A DNA stretch of 63,852 nucleotides, counting the filler, from Lenisia limosa (taxonomy: Eukaryota > Protista > Breviatea): assembly GCA_001655205.1 (NCBI GenBank). It is 14 parts of 14 records of this genome, joined end to end, with 100 filler letters (N's around TTAATTAATTAA, not from the genome) between each part and the next. Parts side by side here need not be neighbours in the genome. Positions count along the whole stretch, not along the records: positions 62,695 to 63,852 come from LPNZ01003814.1; 13 more parts are not named here. One strand, written 5' to 3'. Below the pieces are notes generated by a model. That model did no database searches. It was not told the DNA's origin and saw only the letters and a list, made by a program, of their open reading frames with translations. A program made the position numbers and the translations under genes. Positions 62,845-63,852 of the stretch are shown piece after piece (position 1 is the first letter of the stretch; every line of letters begins with the position of its first letter).

Positions 62845-63645
62845 ACGATCCATTGCGCGGCTGTGGCGCCAGACACGTGGCAGATCATGGCCGGGTTGAG
62901 TGCGGTGACAGAGGGGTGTGCGTGGATGATTAGGCACAGATCATTCAGATCGATACTGTCGAAGGGCAGAAGCTCACAGGGGTAACGGCGGTANNNNNNN
63001 NNNNNNNNNNNNNNNNNNNNNNNNNNNNNNNNNNNNNNNNNNNNNNNNNNNNNNNNNNNNNNNNNNNNNNNNNNNNNNNNNNNNNNNNNNNNNNNNNNNN
63101 NNNNNNNNNNNNNNNNNNNNNNNNNNNNNNNNNNNNNNNNNNNNNNNNNGTAAAACGAAGGAAATTTCAAGTTATAATTGAAAAAAAATTGCTTACAGTT
63201 GTACGGGCGTTGAGCACTCCTGCAGTGGGCGGATAATCTTGCAATGGCACGGAATATGGGTCGAATCAATACCCTGGCAGAGTAAAAGGAATTTATTTCC
63301 CCCCTAAATTTCTAATGTTCTCTTGTTCATTAATTTAAAATTAATGAAACAAAATAACTAGAACAACTCTGTTGGCTAGAAGATGGGAGACACAAGGGTG
63401 AATGAGTCGCATGGAATATGGGTCGAATCAATACCAAAAGGGAAAAATAGTGCATCTACAAAGTTGAAACAGACTTACGATTTTAGTAAAAGTATAAGCC
63501 CCCGCGGAGCCTACGGAGAGATTGAAGCCGTAGTCCATGAGAACGTCAGTATCGTTTGACCAAACCGGGCCGGCCTCGTGTTCGGGGAAGAGGGGGAGGG
63601 TGTGCTGGATGCCACGCGCACCTTCTTCCACCTTGCGTGCCAATC
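62845..63645 (-). CDS. Internal exons of an unidentified protein
   Basis: ARKVEEGARGIQHTLPLFPEHEAGPVWSNDTDVLMDYG and YRRYPCELLPFDSIDLNDLCLIIHAHP have GT donors. Confidence 0.4.
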
Positions 63646-63852
63646 TACACCAATAAAGGGGGTTTCAACTACATGTATGTCAATAAACAGCTATGTCAAC
63701 TAGGCCAATAAACATCTTGGTCAATAAAAGGGATTTCAACTAGGCCAATAAAGGCGGTACTCCACACTAACACCAATAAATATGGTGACATCAAATACAC
63801 ACTCTCAATGTTACCCCCCCTTGGCACACTCTGTTATTCAATGTTACCCCCC

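Overview
This window is not one continuous locus. It is 14 short scaffolds of an intron-rich, AT-rich eukaryote, probably a protist (inference), joined by 13 artificial 100-nt linkers (N44-TTAATTAATTAA-N44). Additional N gaps often sit beside G/C homopolymers. Host genes use the standard code and GT-AG introns. Recognisable genes: NuoF/NDUFV1 (3' end), omega-amidase NIT2, a TPR immunophilin 3' end (Cyp40/FKBP type), tRNA-Gly(TCC), a secreted EGF protein, two PH-domain proteins, an EFCAB9-like EF-hand protein, a zf-MYND/MSS51-like protein, tRNase Z-L (ELAC2), a divergent pyruvate kinase, an NCS-1/frequenin-like calcium sensor, and a multi-intron pogo/Tc5-type DDE transposase assembled from several collapsed copies. 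Several other multi-exon genes could not be identified. Introns are dense in short repeats: a hAT-type MITE with 8-bp TSDs (about 18 copies), an unclassified ~150-bp element with a cUUCGg hairpin (about 20 copies), and a ~70-100-bp element whose C-rich end repeatedly forms or abuts the 3' splice site of unrelated genes. This last, introner-like pattern is the most promising lead. All exon models and homology calls were made by eye, from remembered motifs, without database searches. Repeat coordinates are approximate to a few bases.
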